This document shows positions 44,036 to 55,800 of a DNA stretch of 64,000 bases, one piece after another (within the stretch, counting starts at the first letter, position 1; each line of letters opens with the position of its first letter). The notes beneath the pieces are model-generated. The model saw nothing but the letters and a program-made list of their open reading frames with translations. It did not search any database and was not told the origin of the DNA. A program made the translations under genes and the position numbers. Source of the DNA: Raillietiella orientalis (taxonomy: Eukaryota); assembly GCA_036172245.1 (NCBI GenBank), contig JAYWIR010000003.1, forward strand, positions 6,324,001 to 6,388,000, read 5' to 3'.

Positions 44036-45810
44036 AGCATTCTTTGTGAACAAATTTAACAAGCGCTTCTTGTAAAACTAGTCTATTATTTTTCCCATAG
44101 TGAGAGTTTCATTCATCAGAAATAGGATTACATCAGTTTTATAAAAACAAAAAAAAAAATGAGCTTCGTATCTCCTGAAGCTGAGTTCATATCTAAAGTT
44201 TTTCCTTTACTCATTCGATTATTCTTTCCCTTTTTTATTTCATGACGTGGCAGCTCCTTTCCTCCGATCGCATCGCTAACCACGATTTTCAAAATTACCA
44301 TGTGCCCCATGAACAGAGATGCAATGAATTCGTCACGAAGGTGATGAGTATGATTAAATTTCATTTACTTTTCTTTCCTTCTAAATAGGCAACCAAAGAT
44401 GCTGATAATTTTAGTTCATAGAGTCACAAACATTTAGATTGAACTATCCCGACTTCATTATTTTAATGCTATTCTGAATCACTCTCTGAATAGAATGAGT
44501 TTTGTTGAAAAAATTATAGTGTTTCTCTTTTGATTTGACAAACGCTTTCTTCTTTCACTTATCCAGGTGAACTAACGAGGACTTCAACCTTGGCACTATC
44601 TTAGATCCTACACGCTTTCTCACGCCATTCCAAGAATCGATTTCAGTCTAAGAGATCTTTACCATAAATCGAAGCTCAGGTGTCGTCATTCGGGTGCTTA
44701 CTGTCGTGTTTTTTATCCCTGGAGTTGTTATCCCTGGTTTATCGCTAGAATCCATTATTAGATTTAAAAACAAAACAAAAAAAATTCCTTCCAACATTGA
44801 AAACCTGCTTTTATAATTTCTTTTCTGACTTGGTAAACCTGGAAATCTCCCGTCTATCTTCTAATATCATTCCCTTATTCTTACTTCTGTTTTCAGCTTA
44901 ATCTTTAGTCTTGAAAACATTTGCTGGTTAAAGTCTCCTTGTTACTAATGAAAAACAAAAAGCACATTCATAATCGACTTTCTTATGTTATTCTATTCAG
45001 TGAGAGCATGGTTGTCTCTCTGATCAGTGTTCTTAGAGGCTGGTGGATTGGGTGAATAGTGCAACACCAACTAACTATAGAGCATAGTATTTTTAGAGGT
45101 TATTACTTTCTTCCCACTATGTTGGATCCATTTGGCCTTTGTCTCATCAGCACATTGAAATTCCGTGTGGAGCTGAAGAAATGGCTGTCTTCAAAAAGAT
45201 CGAAATTTTCCATTTTTGGATTCGTTACATATTTATCACTGAATGAAAATTTCCAGTTAGAGCATTCTATCACTCAATTCATAGAAGGAGGATTTGGCTT
45301 GTCTAAACCAAGACAATAACAAAAATACACAACACATTTCTTTTGCTTTAGGAAAACTTAATCCTTCTGAAGGTTTGAATTCCTTTTAGGGTTTCGGGTT
45401 GGATTCTCTTTATTGCTGCACGTCTAACCTTAGCAGCTTTTGTGACGATTCAACACTTTCCATCTTTTTTTCCCTCTTGACAACATGATGCACAATTTGC
45501 AGGAGTTTTCAGAGTATTTCTTTTTACATTTCCTATGGGAAATTTTCGCTTTCTGAGTCCGTATAAGTTTCAGCAGTGATTCTGATTGAAATATCGCATC
45601 AGTTCCCCTTCTATACACACCACGGCGACATTTGCATCGCTTGCAGTGTGTGATCCCTATCGTTCGTGCACGAATTTTCCCAAGGAGACATCCAAGGAGT
45701 CGCTGGCCATCGTCATCTTCGTTGGAATTTGTTTGCTCCTCTGCAGATGCTCCTTTACGGAGAGCTTCTTCTTCTTCTTCTTCTTTTTATCTGAATAGCA
45801 ATGCTTCTGT

Positions 45811-46475
45811 TTTTCGCCCGGGCGCGCCGGGGCGTTTATTGCTAAACTATCCGAGAACAAAAGCTCCCAGACAAAGGGTACAGAGGTACGGAGGGAAGGA
45901 TCCCCGACACGCAGGTCGGTAAATCCGAAAGTCCGGAACGGGAAAGAGGGGGCCACCAATAAACATATGAAAAATGCAAAAAAAAAGACATGGGGGGGAT
46001 TGGGACAGGGGTCTTTGGCTTCGGCCGTTCCTTCCTTTGAGAACCGGCGTTGGATGCGTGAGATCTCCTTCCTGACGTCTTCTGGAAGATGAGGCCACCC
46101 GGCAGCCGACGTCATGATCGCTATTCCGCTGATCTCTCGAAGAATGGCCTGCGGCTGCAACTGGCGGCGGGCCGCGACGATGGCGCGGATGCAACAGATC
46201 GTTGCGGCAACCTCACCTAACGATGGGCCTCCTGGCGCGAAGAGGCGGCGCGTCAACATTCTTGCGGCGTCCCCCTGGTGCAGGAGAGCTGAGGCCAGCC
46301 TCCTTGGAGGACACCGCAGTCCAACAGCAGATGCGGGAGCGTTTCTGCTTCTCCGCACCTTTTGCAGTTCGGGGAGACAACTCCCCCGGAAACAAGGTTC
46401 GTGCGCTGGTTGCAATGGAAGCCCCAATGCACCAGCAAGATCACGTCCAGCTTCCATGGAAGGGGGAACGCAGAT
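45811..46475 (-). mobile_element. 5'-truncated non-LTR retrotransposon, same family (copy A)
   Basis: Nearly identical to 50380-50780 in the reverse orientation, with the same CCHC motif and the same AATAAA+hairpin end. Flanked by 13-bp direct repeat GCAATG(C/T)TTCTGT (45798-45810 and 46476-46488, one mismatch). Confidence 0.9.
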
Positions 46476-48999
46476 GCAATGTTTCTGTCGAGGTATAGAA
46501 GATGTGGCTTGTCCAGTGCTGAGATGAGTGTTGAGATGGAAGGCTGCAATGCGTTGCTTCTGAGTCGATTCTCTACGCAACGATTGGCCGAGGGAATAAG
46601 CAAATCTGTTAATTGCTAGCATATTCATCTTTAAAAGCGTTTAGCTATTTCATTCATGACAAGTTCAATATGGGTACATATCTGAAGAGACGAGGATGGT
46701 GGTCCTACTGCTTCTGTCACGCTATTCATCAACACTGGTCGGAATAGTACCGTAGACTGAAATACATGTCATAACAAAAAGCTCCTTCTGTGGGGAAAGG
46801 CGCGTTCCACAGGACACTGCTTCGTTCCGAAAAAACCTTTTGGGACAGCATAGTGAAGTTGAAGATGTAAACATAGTGTGAAAAACAAACAAACAAGCAG
46901 ACACTCCCTCGTTCTATCCGTTCAACGAGTGAAGAACAAAAAGTTCAAAAATAGAACGCTGATAAGCACTGCCCATGTAATATGTAATAGGAAAAAAAAT
47001 TACTGTGCATTATTACTACTGCCTGAAAGCCAGAGGGTAAGGAGTGGCAGATTGGTACAGCAGAGAGTGTGAATGCAGATTCTCTTTAACATGCCACATG
47101 AAATACCTTGAATTCCATTTCAAACCACACTATGCTATGCCACAGCACCTCAGATGCCACGCCAGGAGGGAACTTCGTATTGAAACATATCCTCCGGGAT
47201 TTCGATTCGATCATGTGGCCAGCACTCCTCAAGTCACCACCGGATATAATTCTGTCAAGATTTTCTTTCTCACGAGTTTCAACTCCAGATTGCAATTCCC
47301 CAAAAAAGTCAGCTTCCTACTGGTGGCGAATGTTGGAAGGAAAGCATTGTGTTCTCAGTCTGTTTCATCCCACATAATTGGAATTTCATTTTCATTCCAT
47401 CTTTTTCCACGCTACACATTACTGGTCCTGAAAAACTGCTGTCGTGACCTTTTCTTCTTTGTGATTATACTTTTCGATCTCAGAGTTTGCTCTCTGAGTG
47501 CTTTGTGTTCCGGTACATTGCTAGTTGTCCTCATGAAGATGATCACTTCTAACCACTAGGCCATAACTTGTAGGTACAGCCGTAACAGCCTCAGCAACCT
47601 CAGCTTCCCGAACGCGTAGGATTACTCTGATTACTGTTTGAAGGCGCTTACGCAGATCCGATTCGACATCAGTACTTCAAGATTTTTTGGTCTGTGCAAG
47701 TGCCTGAGGTCCACTATTTCCCCCTTCAAAACGAGTGCTTTTCGAGTCTGCCCAACTTCATTGCATACGAAGGCTCTTCAGAATGGCTAGCAAGAAGCTT
47801 GAAGAGAGGCAACTCATTCCAGAGGCCTGCGCTTCCCTTTTGCGGAAATCGCCATTTATTTTGCTTTTTCATTTTCCCTTTTTGATAGGATTTGTGCTTT
47901 TCGTTTCGCAGCTCTTCCAGCTGGCCAGTTGTTGCATTTGGAGCTGACCTGTCGGCTTCCGGTTCTCAGTTGGCATTTTCCATTCGAAACCTCATGTTTT
48001 GAAATTGATTCCATTCGTCCGGTGACCTCGAGTCCTTTGCTTGCCTCCGATCTCGGCTGCCTAGTGTTCCTCCTCCAGGGTTACTCCTGCTCCCCAGTTC
48101 CCTCATGGAGCGAATGGAGATGTCTCCATTTACTTCTCAAGGGTCATAAATTCCATGTGGTCTGGAGATACGAATCTCCTCAGGAGACGAGTCGCTCTCC
48201 TGCAGAGGCCGGATGCTGGACTGTACCTCTCTGAACGATGCAGCTTCCTCAGGATCTCGAGGCCACTGAATCCCCTTCCGCGGTGCATCTGTGGGCAGGC
48301 CAAACGGGAGTGCACTTGGAGAGTCCCTTCGCGCGATTTGTTCCCTTTTCTCGTGGCAAGGCAGTGAGCGAAGTTGCTGTTCGTTCCACTCGTCCTGATT
48401 CTGCGTAACTCCGGGATAGGTAACTCTTCGGTGTGTCCTGAGAAACTTCCACGGGATCCCAGATCCTTCAACTCTTGCCAGTGTAAAAGCATCTTTTGAA
48501 TTCACCTCAGACAAGTGCGTGCTTTCTTCCTTGCATCTGCGTCCTTTTTCGCGAAGGACTCGCAGATTTTCGTTCATGGATGCGAATTCGAGATCGCAAG
48601 TTTCGGTGCAGTTTCTCCCATGGCGACGGAACTAAGAGCTGGCAACGGATTCATCTCGAATCGGAACTTCTGTAGTGAGCATACCTCTGCGCAATCGCAT
48701 CGGTTCTATCATTTCACGTTGTAATTAACGTCTGATGGTGCGCCACGGTCATGGCGAGTCTTTTTTCATCGGCCTCCATAAGACATGCGCAGAGGGGGCC
48801 GATATGCTGAAGCCACTGACTCAGAGAAGGCGGCTTTTGTTTTCTAAATTCGTTCTAAAGGTTCTTTCTTGGTAGTGCTTTCATCGGTGAGAAAATGAAG
48901 ATCATGGTCAGCACGTCCGTCGAGCAGAAAAATTACCGACTATGATTATGGATTTGATAGGTTGTAATCAGCCGTATGTCTAATAAACGATTCCTACAT

Positions 49000-49800
49000 C
49001 CTTAAGAACACCCAATCAACCAGAAGTGCGGCTTCAATGACGATGATTTCTTTCCCAAGAAATTCTTGAATGAACGAATCGAGTTTTCGAAGAACATGTT
49101 AAATACCCCATTCCATTTTCCCAAGCTGTCTTTTTCAAATGTGATGGAGCGGGTGATATTGAGTGACTGACGTACTGTCGTCATCTTTCGCGAATGTGAA
49201 TGTGCATATCCATTTGGTTTTACACGGTGATTTTTCTCTCCGGTTGAAATGCCAAACTGCCGAACTGTTTCTTACTCTTCCAAGCTGGCTGATCGGTTTT
49301 CCTTGAAATAGCAACCGTGTGAGTTTGTCCGTGGTGATTCGATCATCGTGTGCACCTTTCAGACACCGCGTGCACATCTCGCCGTTCGTTTTGGTAATTT
49401 TTTTCCGTCTCAACAGAAATGAGTGCAATCCTTTGATTGTATAAATCTGGCAGTGTGCATCAGTGGCATGCAATCCCGATTCCGTTCTTTTAATCAAATC
49501 ATCAAAAGCCCTGGAATGCTTACCACATGAATTAGGAGCCCTCCTTCTTCCGCATATAACGTCTATTCTAAACAAGTTGGGCAGTCAGAAAACGATCTCC
49601 ATATTTCGAAGGAACACTTATAAGACTGACATGCATTGCTACCAGCAATTTTAGCGCCCTTCGAAGACACATACCTTACTGCCCATCATCAATTTCCCTC
49701 ATGCAATCGAGAAAGCTCATGAAATTTTCATCGGCATCAGGCTGGAGGCAGCTGCTTTCTAGTGGATCTTCCGAGATTTTTATCCGAGATTGAATGGATC
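49000..49800 (-). mobile_element. Decayed non-LTR reverse transcriptase core; boundaries approximate
   Basis: ORF 49135-49575 carries, in order, HSRAFD (~KAFD), FQGKPIS (~QGxPLS) and FAKDD (~YADD). Confidence 0.6.
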
Positions 49801-50053
49801 CCCCAAAATCTGGAGCTTCCCAGCTTTCTTTTGGATAAATTTCTCATTTGTTACCTTGGTGTTGCAAAAAAAAAAAAAATCTAAAGGAGAGAGGAGATAA
49901 CACTTCGGATGATTCCTGCTGTCCTCATCCTTAAGTGCATCCTCGGAAGGACGATTCTGTTTGAATGAGCAACAGACCGCATCGGTAGATCACGAATCTC
50001 AAATTGCTCTTTGTGTGAATTGAACAACAACAACAGCAGCAGCAGCAAAACCA

Positions 50054-50952
50054 GGAAAAGGAGGAGGTGATGCAGAACCAGGAGAAGTGGACTCACTTGG
50101 CCGTCACGCCCCTCGCCGAAGCGCTGTCTGCCCTCAGGGCGAGCGATGACAGCTGCCTACCGGCGAGGTGAAAGCTCGCCTGCACTATCGCAGGAGCAAC
50201 CCGACCCATGGGCGGCTGGAAAATTAGCGAGGTGGCAGACGCCGCCACGCCTCGCAACATCCCGAAGGGACTCCTTCGGTGGAGCGAACTTTTGAGTGTG
50301 CCCCCCGAAGGACTTCTGGTCCCTCCCTCGTGCGTGGGCACTTCTGTGTTCCCCCTTTCGTGGAAACAGGACGTCTTCCTGCTGGTGCATTGGGGCTTCC
50401 ATTGCAACCAGCGCACGAACCGTGTTTCCGGGGGAGTTGTCTCCCCGAACTGCAAAAGGTGCGGAGAAGCAGAAACGCTCCCGCATCTGCTGTTGGACTG
50501 CGGTGTCCTCCAAGGAGGCTGGCCTCAGCTCTCCTGCACCAGGGGGACGCCGCAAGGATGTTGACGCGCCGCCTCTTCGCGCCAGGAGGCCCATCGTTAG
50601 GTGAGGTTGCCGCAACGATCTGTTGCATCCGCGCCATCGTCGCGGCCCGCCGCCAGTTGCAGCCGCAGGCCTTTCTTCGAGAGATCACCGGAATAGCCGA
50701 CGACATGACGTCGGCTGCCAGGTGGCCTCATCTTCCAGAAGACGTCAGGAAGGAGATCTCACGCATCCAACGCCGGTTCTGGAAGTAAGGAGCGGCCGAA
50801 GCCAAAGACCCCCTGTCCCCAATCCCCCCATATCTTGTTTTATATTTTTTATATATTTATTGGTGGTCCCTTCGTTTTTCTGTGTCCTTTGTCCGGGAAC
50901 CCTGTTCCCGGATAGTTTAGCAATAAACGCCCCGGCGCATCCGGGTGGGAAA
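50054..50952 (+). mobile_element. 5'-truncated non-LTR retrotransposon (L1/Tx1-like), 3' end of ORF2 plus 3' UTR (copy B)
   Basis: CCHC zinc knuckle CKRCGEAETLPHLLLDC; 3' end AATAAA (50922-50927) plus GC hairpin; flanked by exact 14-bp direct repeat CAGCAGCAAAACCA (50040-50053 and 50953-50966), interpreted as a target-site duplication. Confidence 0.9.
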
Positions 50953-51824
50953 CAGCAGCAAAACCATGTAAACACACCTTATCGGGATCCATTAGGAAGA
51001 TGGATCTTTTCAGGAAGAGACAAGTGATGGAGTGGAACCGACTGCTCGTGCTGCAGAAATTCATTTTGTCTCTAATGAGGGGAAGCAGGGCATTTATTCG
51101 ATTCTGAGAATTCTGCGCAATTAATCCAGAATTCCGGATCCTCTAGATGTACGATGCAAACTGCTGCAAATGAAGATCAGCGAGACACTAACTGATTGCA
51201 GCGTGGAAATGAGAAACTTCCGGCTTTGCACCTACAGGGTTTCTCTGTGTAGGAGTTGCCACGGCAACTTCCTTTCGAAGTCAGCATCCTCACATCCTTC
51301 CTTCATCAGAGAAAGGACCTCTTCTGTTTGCAATTCGTAGCCAAGCTTGTTCCCAACTCATCCTGGTTATAGAAATACTCGGAATTCATTTCATTCATGA
51401 CGAGGGAACTGTGCGACCAGAGGAACGTCGAAAGGACAGAGGCGAAAGGACAGCAGCTAATTCCGAGTTTTCAACATTCTGTTCCGCGTTTCATCTTTGT
51501 GTTCTTTATAACGATTAAGGAAACAGATACGCATCCTTTTCCCAATCTTTTGTTTTGTAAGAAGCTGTTTCTTTTGCATTATTTATGCATGCTGCCCATA
51601 GTCACGGTGAATTCTGGGATGGTCATTAATGATGAGTGCCAAATTCATCAAATCTAATCTATCGGGGGAACGAATGTCTTGTTGGAAGCGATGCATCGTT
51701 TATACAAATACAGAAGAATACAAAAGAATTATGGATTGAATGGTGAGGAAGAGCAAATGAGCATCGGCTGACTGGAAAAACGAGGTTCAATCAGGGACCA
51801 CGAATGCGTAAGACTTGTTGAAGA

Positions 51825-52855
51825 TCACACTGCAGTAAACAAAATGGGGGTCAGTGGAACGGCAATCAGAGGGCGGATTTTCCTAATGCAGAGAAAAAAA
51901 GGAGACAAAGGTAGGACTTCCCCATCATCTACCCTTGCACATGCTTTTAGCTGGAGATGACTCGAGTAGGAACCATTCCCAGGTTTTGCCAAAAAAATCA
52001 CCTGCCTTCGGCGTCTGTTTCGTTCCAGCTCGGAACCGAGGCGTGGATCTTCGTGAAAGAAGTTTGGGTTCCAAGCAAAATTTTCCGAAATCTCCATTGC
52101 TTTACAATGGAAGATTTCGGTGTCACTTGGAAAACAAAAATCAACGCTGCTTACCTGTGAAAACAAATTCCCATATTCAGCCCTCTCAGATGCAAATGAG
52201 TTCTCTGCACAGAACCGACTGCTCGTATGGGATCTTTCGTTAATGCTGTCAAGCAGTTCGCAAACGAAAAGCAACCACGGTTGAAGAGCAATGTCAAAGG
52301 CCAAACACTCTGTGGACTTTGCTGGTCATTTCTTTTTTTTACGTGTAATTGAAATCTCCAGACGGGCTCATCGTGCGTCCTTGCTATCTTCATCTTTATT
52401 TGGCGACCAGTTTGAAAAACATATGGGGTGGAATGATCCCACGTGGGTAGCAATCAGATTGAGGATGCAGATGGATGTAGCCCTCAGTAGCAAAACGAGT
52501 ATGCACAGTAAAGCCGTGAATCTGCAAAAGCTTTTTGTAAACTTGAAACGGAAATGGAACACACTGGAAACGATTTTCCAGTGTGTTCCATTACTTCCGT
52601 ATCATACAACGTGATGATACTTGCTTCCTCAGAAGCTGGAGCAGTATTCTTCCTCATAGGACGAAGCTGGTCCGCTTTTCGTGGAAGGTTTATCTCACGG
52701 CTGTAGAACTCTTTGGCAACTAGCTGCTTCGAATTGCTCCTTAGAATTCCGGAAACCTTTGGTCTCTTTGTTGGTGGGGGATCTGAATAAAAGCCACGCA
52801 GCACACGATTTGCAATCTTCATCCACGGCCATTTAATTACTACGTTACTGTGCAT
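51825..52855 (-). mobile_element. Decayed L1/Tx1-like RT N-terminal half
   Basis: Ordered degenerate motifs across frames: MRKNTAPAS (~KAPGPD), WPLTLL..FANCL (~WRPITLL..LANRL), ENFAWNPNF (~FGFGPxF). Confidence 0.5.
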
Positions 52856-55800
52856 TTTGAACAGATTCCCATAATTATCTCCTTGATCCTCCTATAGCAT
52901 TTCTCGAAAGTAGCTCCTCAAGATACGACATGATCTTTGAAAAACATCTTAGCCATAAGGCGAAAGCAGCACAGAAGATCAGTGCTTCTCCCTTTGCTGG
53001 AACAAATTTGGGAACGACCAGCATCTATGCACAATACATATTTGCCACGACAACACGAAATTACTTTTGTGCATTAATCTTCTATGGCACCGTTATAAAC
53101 CATCATGCGATTCAATCCCATTCCACAGTGCACGAAATCGAGTCTTTTCAGAAACGGAAGATCACCTTTAGCATCCAGCGTGCAGCATGAATAGTATGGC
53201 ACGCGAAATCCATGGAATCCAATTTACTATTCGGATCCCATTACTGATCATTCGTTTGGTGGGATCAGCAGTGAGATGCGCAGCGCTTCAATGGTGAGAT
53301 TCCTTCAGAGCAATGCTTTCTGCCCATTTTATCAAATCATCAACCGTAGTGCGGGGCTGCACCAAAGGGTTGTTCACGCACCGTAGCCGTTCTGTCCATC
53401 CAAGAACAGACAACAACAGTGTTTCCGAACGTCTCCTTCCAAGGACTGCGTTGGTAATCCAAGCCGCCAAGAAAGAGGCAGCCTCGAGTCCATTTCAGCG
53501 TCGGTAAGAGTTCCTCACAGATCTGCGAGTAGTGAGGAGGAAACAACAACCGGCAACGTCTTCCGACAACCGTAGCAAAATTCCGGGGACAGTCTTCTTC
53601 TTCGGTGGAATCTGCATTTCTCACGGACTTGGTCCACTGCCTTCATGCCTGGACAAGTTCTTTGCTCGTGCATGTGTGAATATGGATACGATTTATGGTG
53701 GCGGACTTAAAGCACGCTTCCGGGAAAGATGAACGGGGAATCTCACTCCTTCGAATTTCCATAATTGGACAAAGACTGGACCATGACCACGGATCAGAGT
53801 GCAATCGAAAGACCGGAGAGACGGACGGTGCGTCGATGAGGCGATGGCAAGTATGGCGGAGGAGTCCTACGGAGGAGATTTTGACTTTGGAACATTGCAC
53901 ACAGGGAAGAGGAGAATGTGAGCCGGAAACAAGATCTCGCTCTTCATGGCCAATGTGGATGTCTTGCGAGTTTCCTTCACACATCGACCGCTTCCCTCTG
54001 GAGTAAGAAGCAGAGGCTTTTCGTTCCATAGGGTGCATTCCTTCCATTGGTGGCAGTCTTGGGCATTGCCATTATGCTTAGAATAAAAAGATTTCTATGG
54101 ATTTCTATGGACTCTATTCTACAGTACATTGATCGCTCGGTCAGAGGAAAACATTACTCTCCCCTCCTCATGATTCTCCTTTATAATGGAAAATTTTAAA
54201 AGAAAAACATTCGCAGTCCTATGATTCTGTGATTTGTGTCAAAGAAAAGCTCATAGGGATTGTCTCTGCAGAGGTATTGGTCGCCGTTTTACTCGAGAAG
54301 GAAGTAAATGAAAGCAAACTGAAAGTAGGATTATGATTTCGATGCAACACACTGCTCTCTTGGTAAGAATATTCCCCACGGTTGACGTTTCATTCCAGTG
54401 CTTCGAGGATCGAGGGCATGACTGTGGTTCCCGTCGTTTCTCTTCATTCCCAAGGTTGCTGCTGCATGCTGGTCCAAACCTCCACAGGCAACGGCGAACT
54501 GAGAGCTCGGGTCGATGAAACCACACAGGTCAAACCAATCCATCTCATGTGTTGTGGCGTTGTTAAAGAAGAGGCAACTTGGAAACAGTGGGGAAGCCAT
54601 TGGCACCCAATCTCAGAGGGAGGATCCACTCGATATTTGCTGCCTTTCGCAAATTCGATAGCAGCTCGCGAGGAGACGCGACAAGAGAAGGAGTGCCCAA
54701 TGGCTCCAATGGCCCTCCTTCCTTCCGGAGGAGTGCGAGCACCCCTCTGAGCGTTGGTGGTGGTGGTGGGCTACCTGGGGTCCAGGAAACGGTGCACTAC
54801 GAGTCGGAACTCCATCTCTCTCTCTCCCCGTGTGTGACTACCGAATGAAGCGCCCGATAATGTGTTTCAATTCGAGACATCTGTTAGACACTTAGGACGC
54901 CTTCCGGGACATCGCCCAAAAAGTGGTTCCGGGAAGTCCTCAGCAGCGGCAGAAGACGGCAAAAGAGGCAGTTTTCTCTGGACCGAGAAGGCGCAACACC
55001 GTTTTCCAGGAGCGAACGAACAGATTGCGGAAGTGCTTAAAGCGATCCAAAGCGTTTGCAAATGTATCCCCAAACTTTTCCCTTCATAAATCTGTTCTGC
55101 GCCTCGAAACGTGCCACTGCGTGCCATCATCATCACGTTGCAAAGAACGATTAACGCCCAGTGAGGTGCTCGTAGGCAAGAGACGTTCCCAGGGAGCCCC
55201 GTGAGGAAGCTGCAATAAAAGCAGCCTCTTTGCGTTTTTGATCACTATTTCTAACCAGGAAGCCGCAGGGATTTTTCCGCTGTTTGAGGATTTGGGAGAA
55301 AAATCTCGGAACTTCGTTTCGTCCAAATCCAAAGATGGGCGGAAGCAGAATGGAGGGGAAACGAAGAAAGGCAGGATGGAGTCAAAGGAGATGCTGCACA
55401 AGGAAAAGGTGGGAAGGAGCTGTTTTTTTTTTTTTTTCCCAGAGACGTTGACTATATCGGATAATGGCAATGACCCAACTATTCGGAAGGCTTCGGAGAG
55501 AATGTGCTCCAAAAGTCATCAATATAATCTTCTACCTCCTCTTGTATTGATGATTGTTCTGTACTTCCGGGATTCCGTTGCCATGTCAAGCTTCCAGTGC
55601 GAGCACTGATGTGATTATTCCATGGAACTCGAAGGTTGCTCTTCCGTCCAAGAAGGAATGCGATCAACCGGAATGTGTTACCGAAGAGTGCGCAGATTGA
55701 GCTCTTAGACACGAAGAAATCCACATCCAAGTACAGATCTCAGATCAGGAAATCTTTCACTTCTATCCCGGGGAAACTGGACTATCATGGGAGGAATCTA

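Noticed and set aside
45657..46628. 323-aa ORF as a host gene
   Set aside because: Crosses both TSDs of LINE copy A and a microsatellite; a chance open frame.
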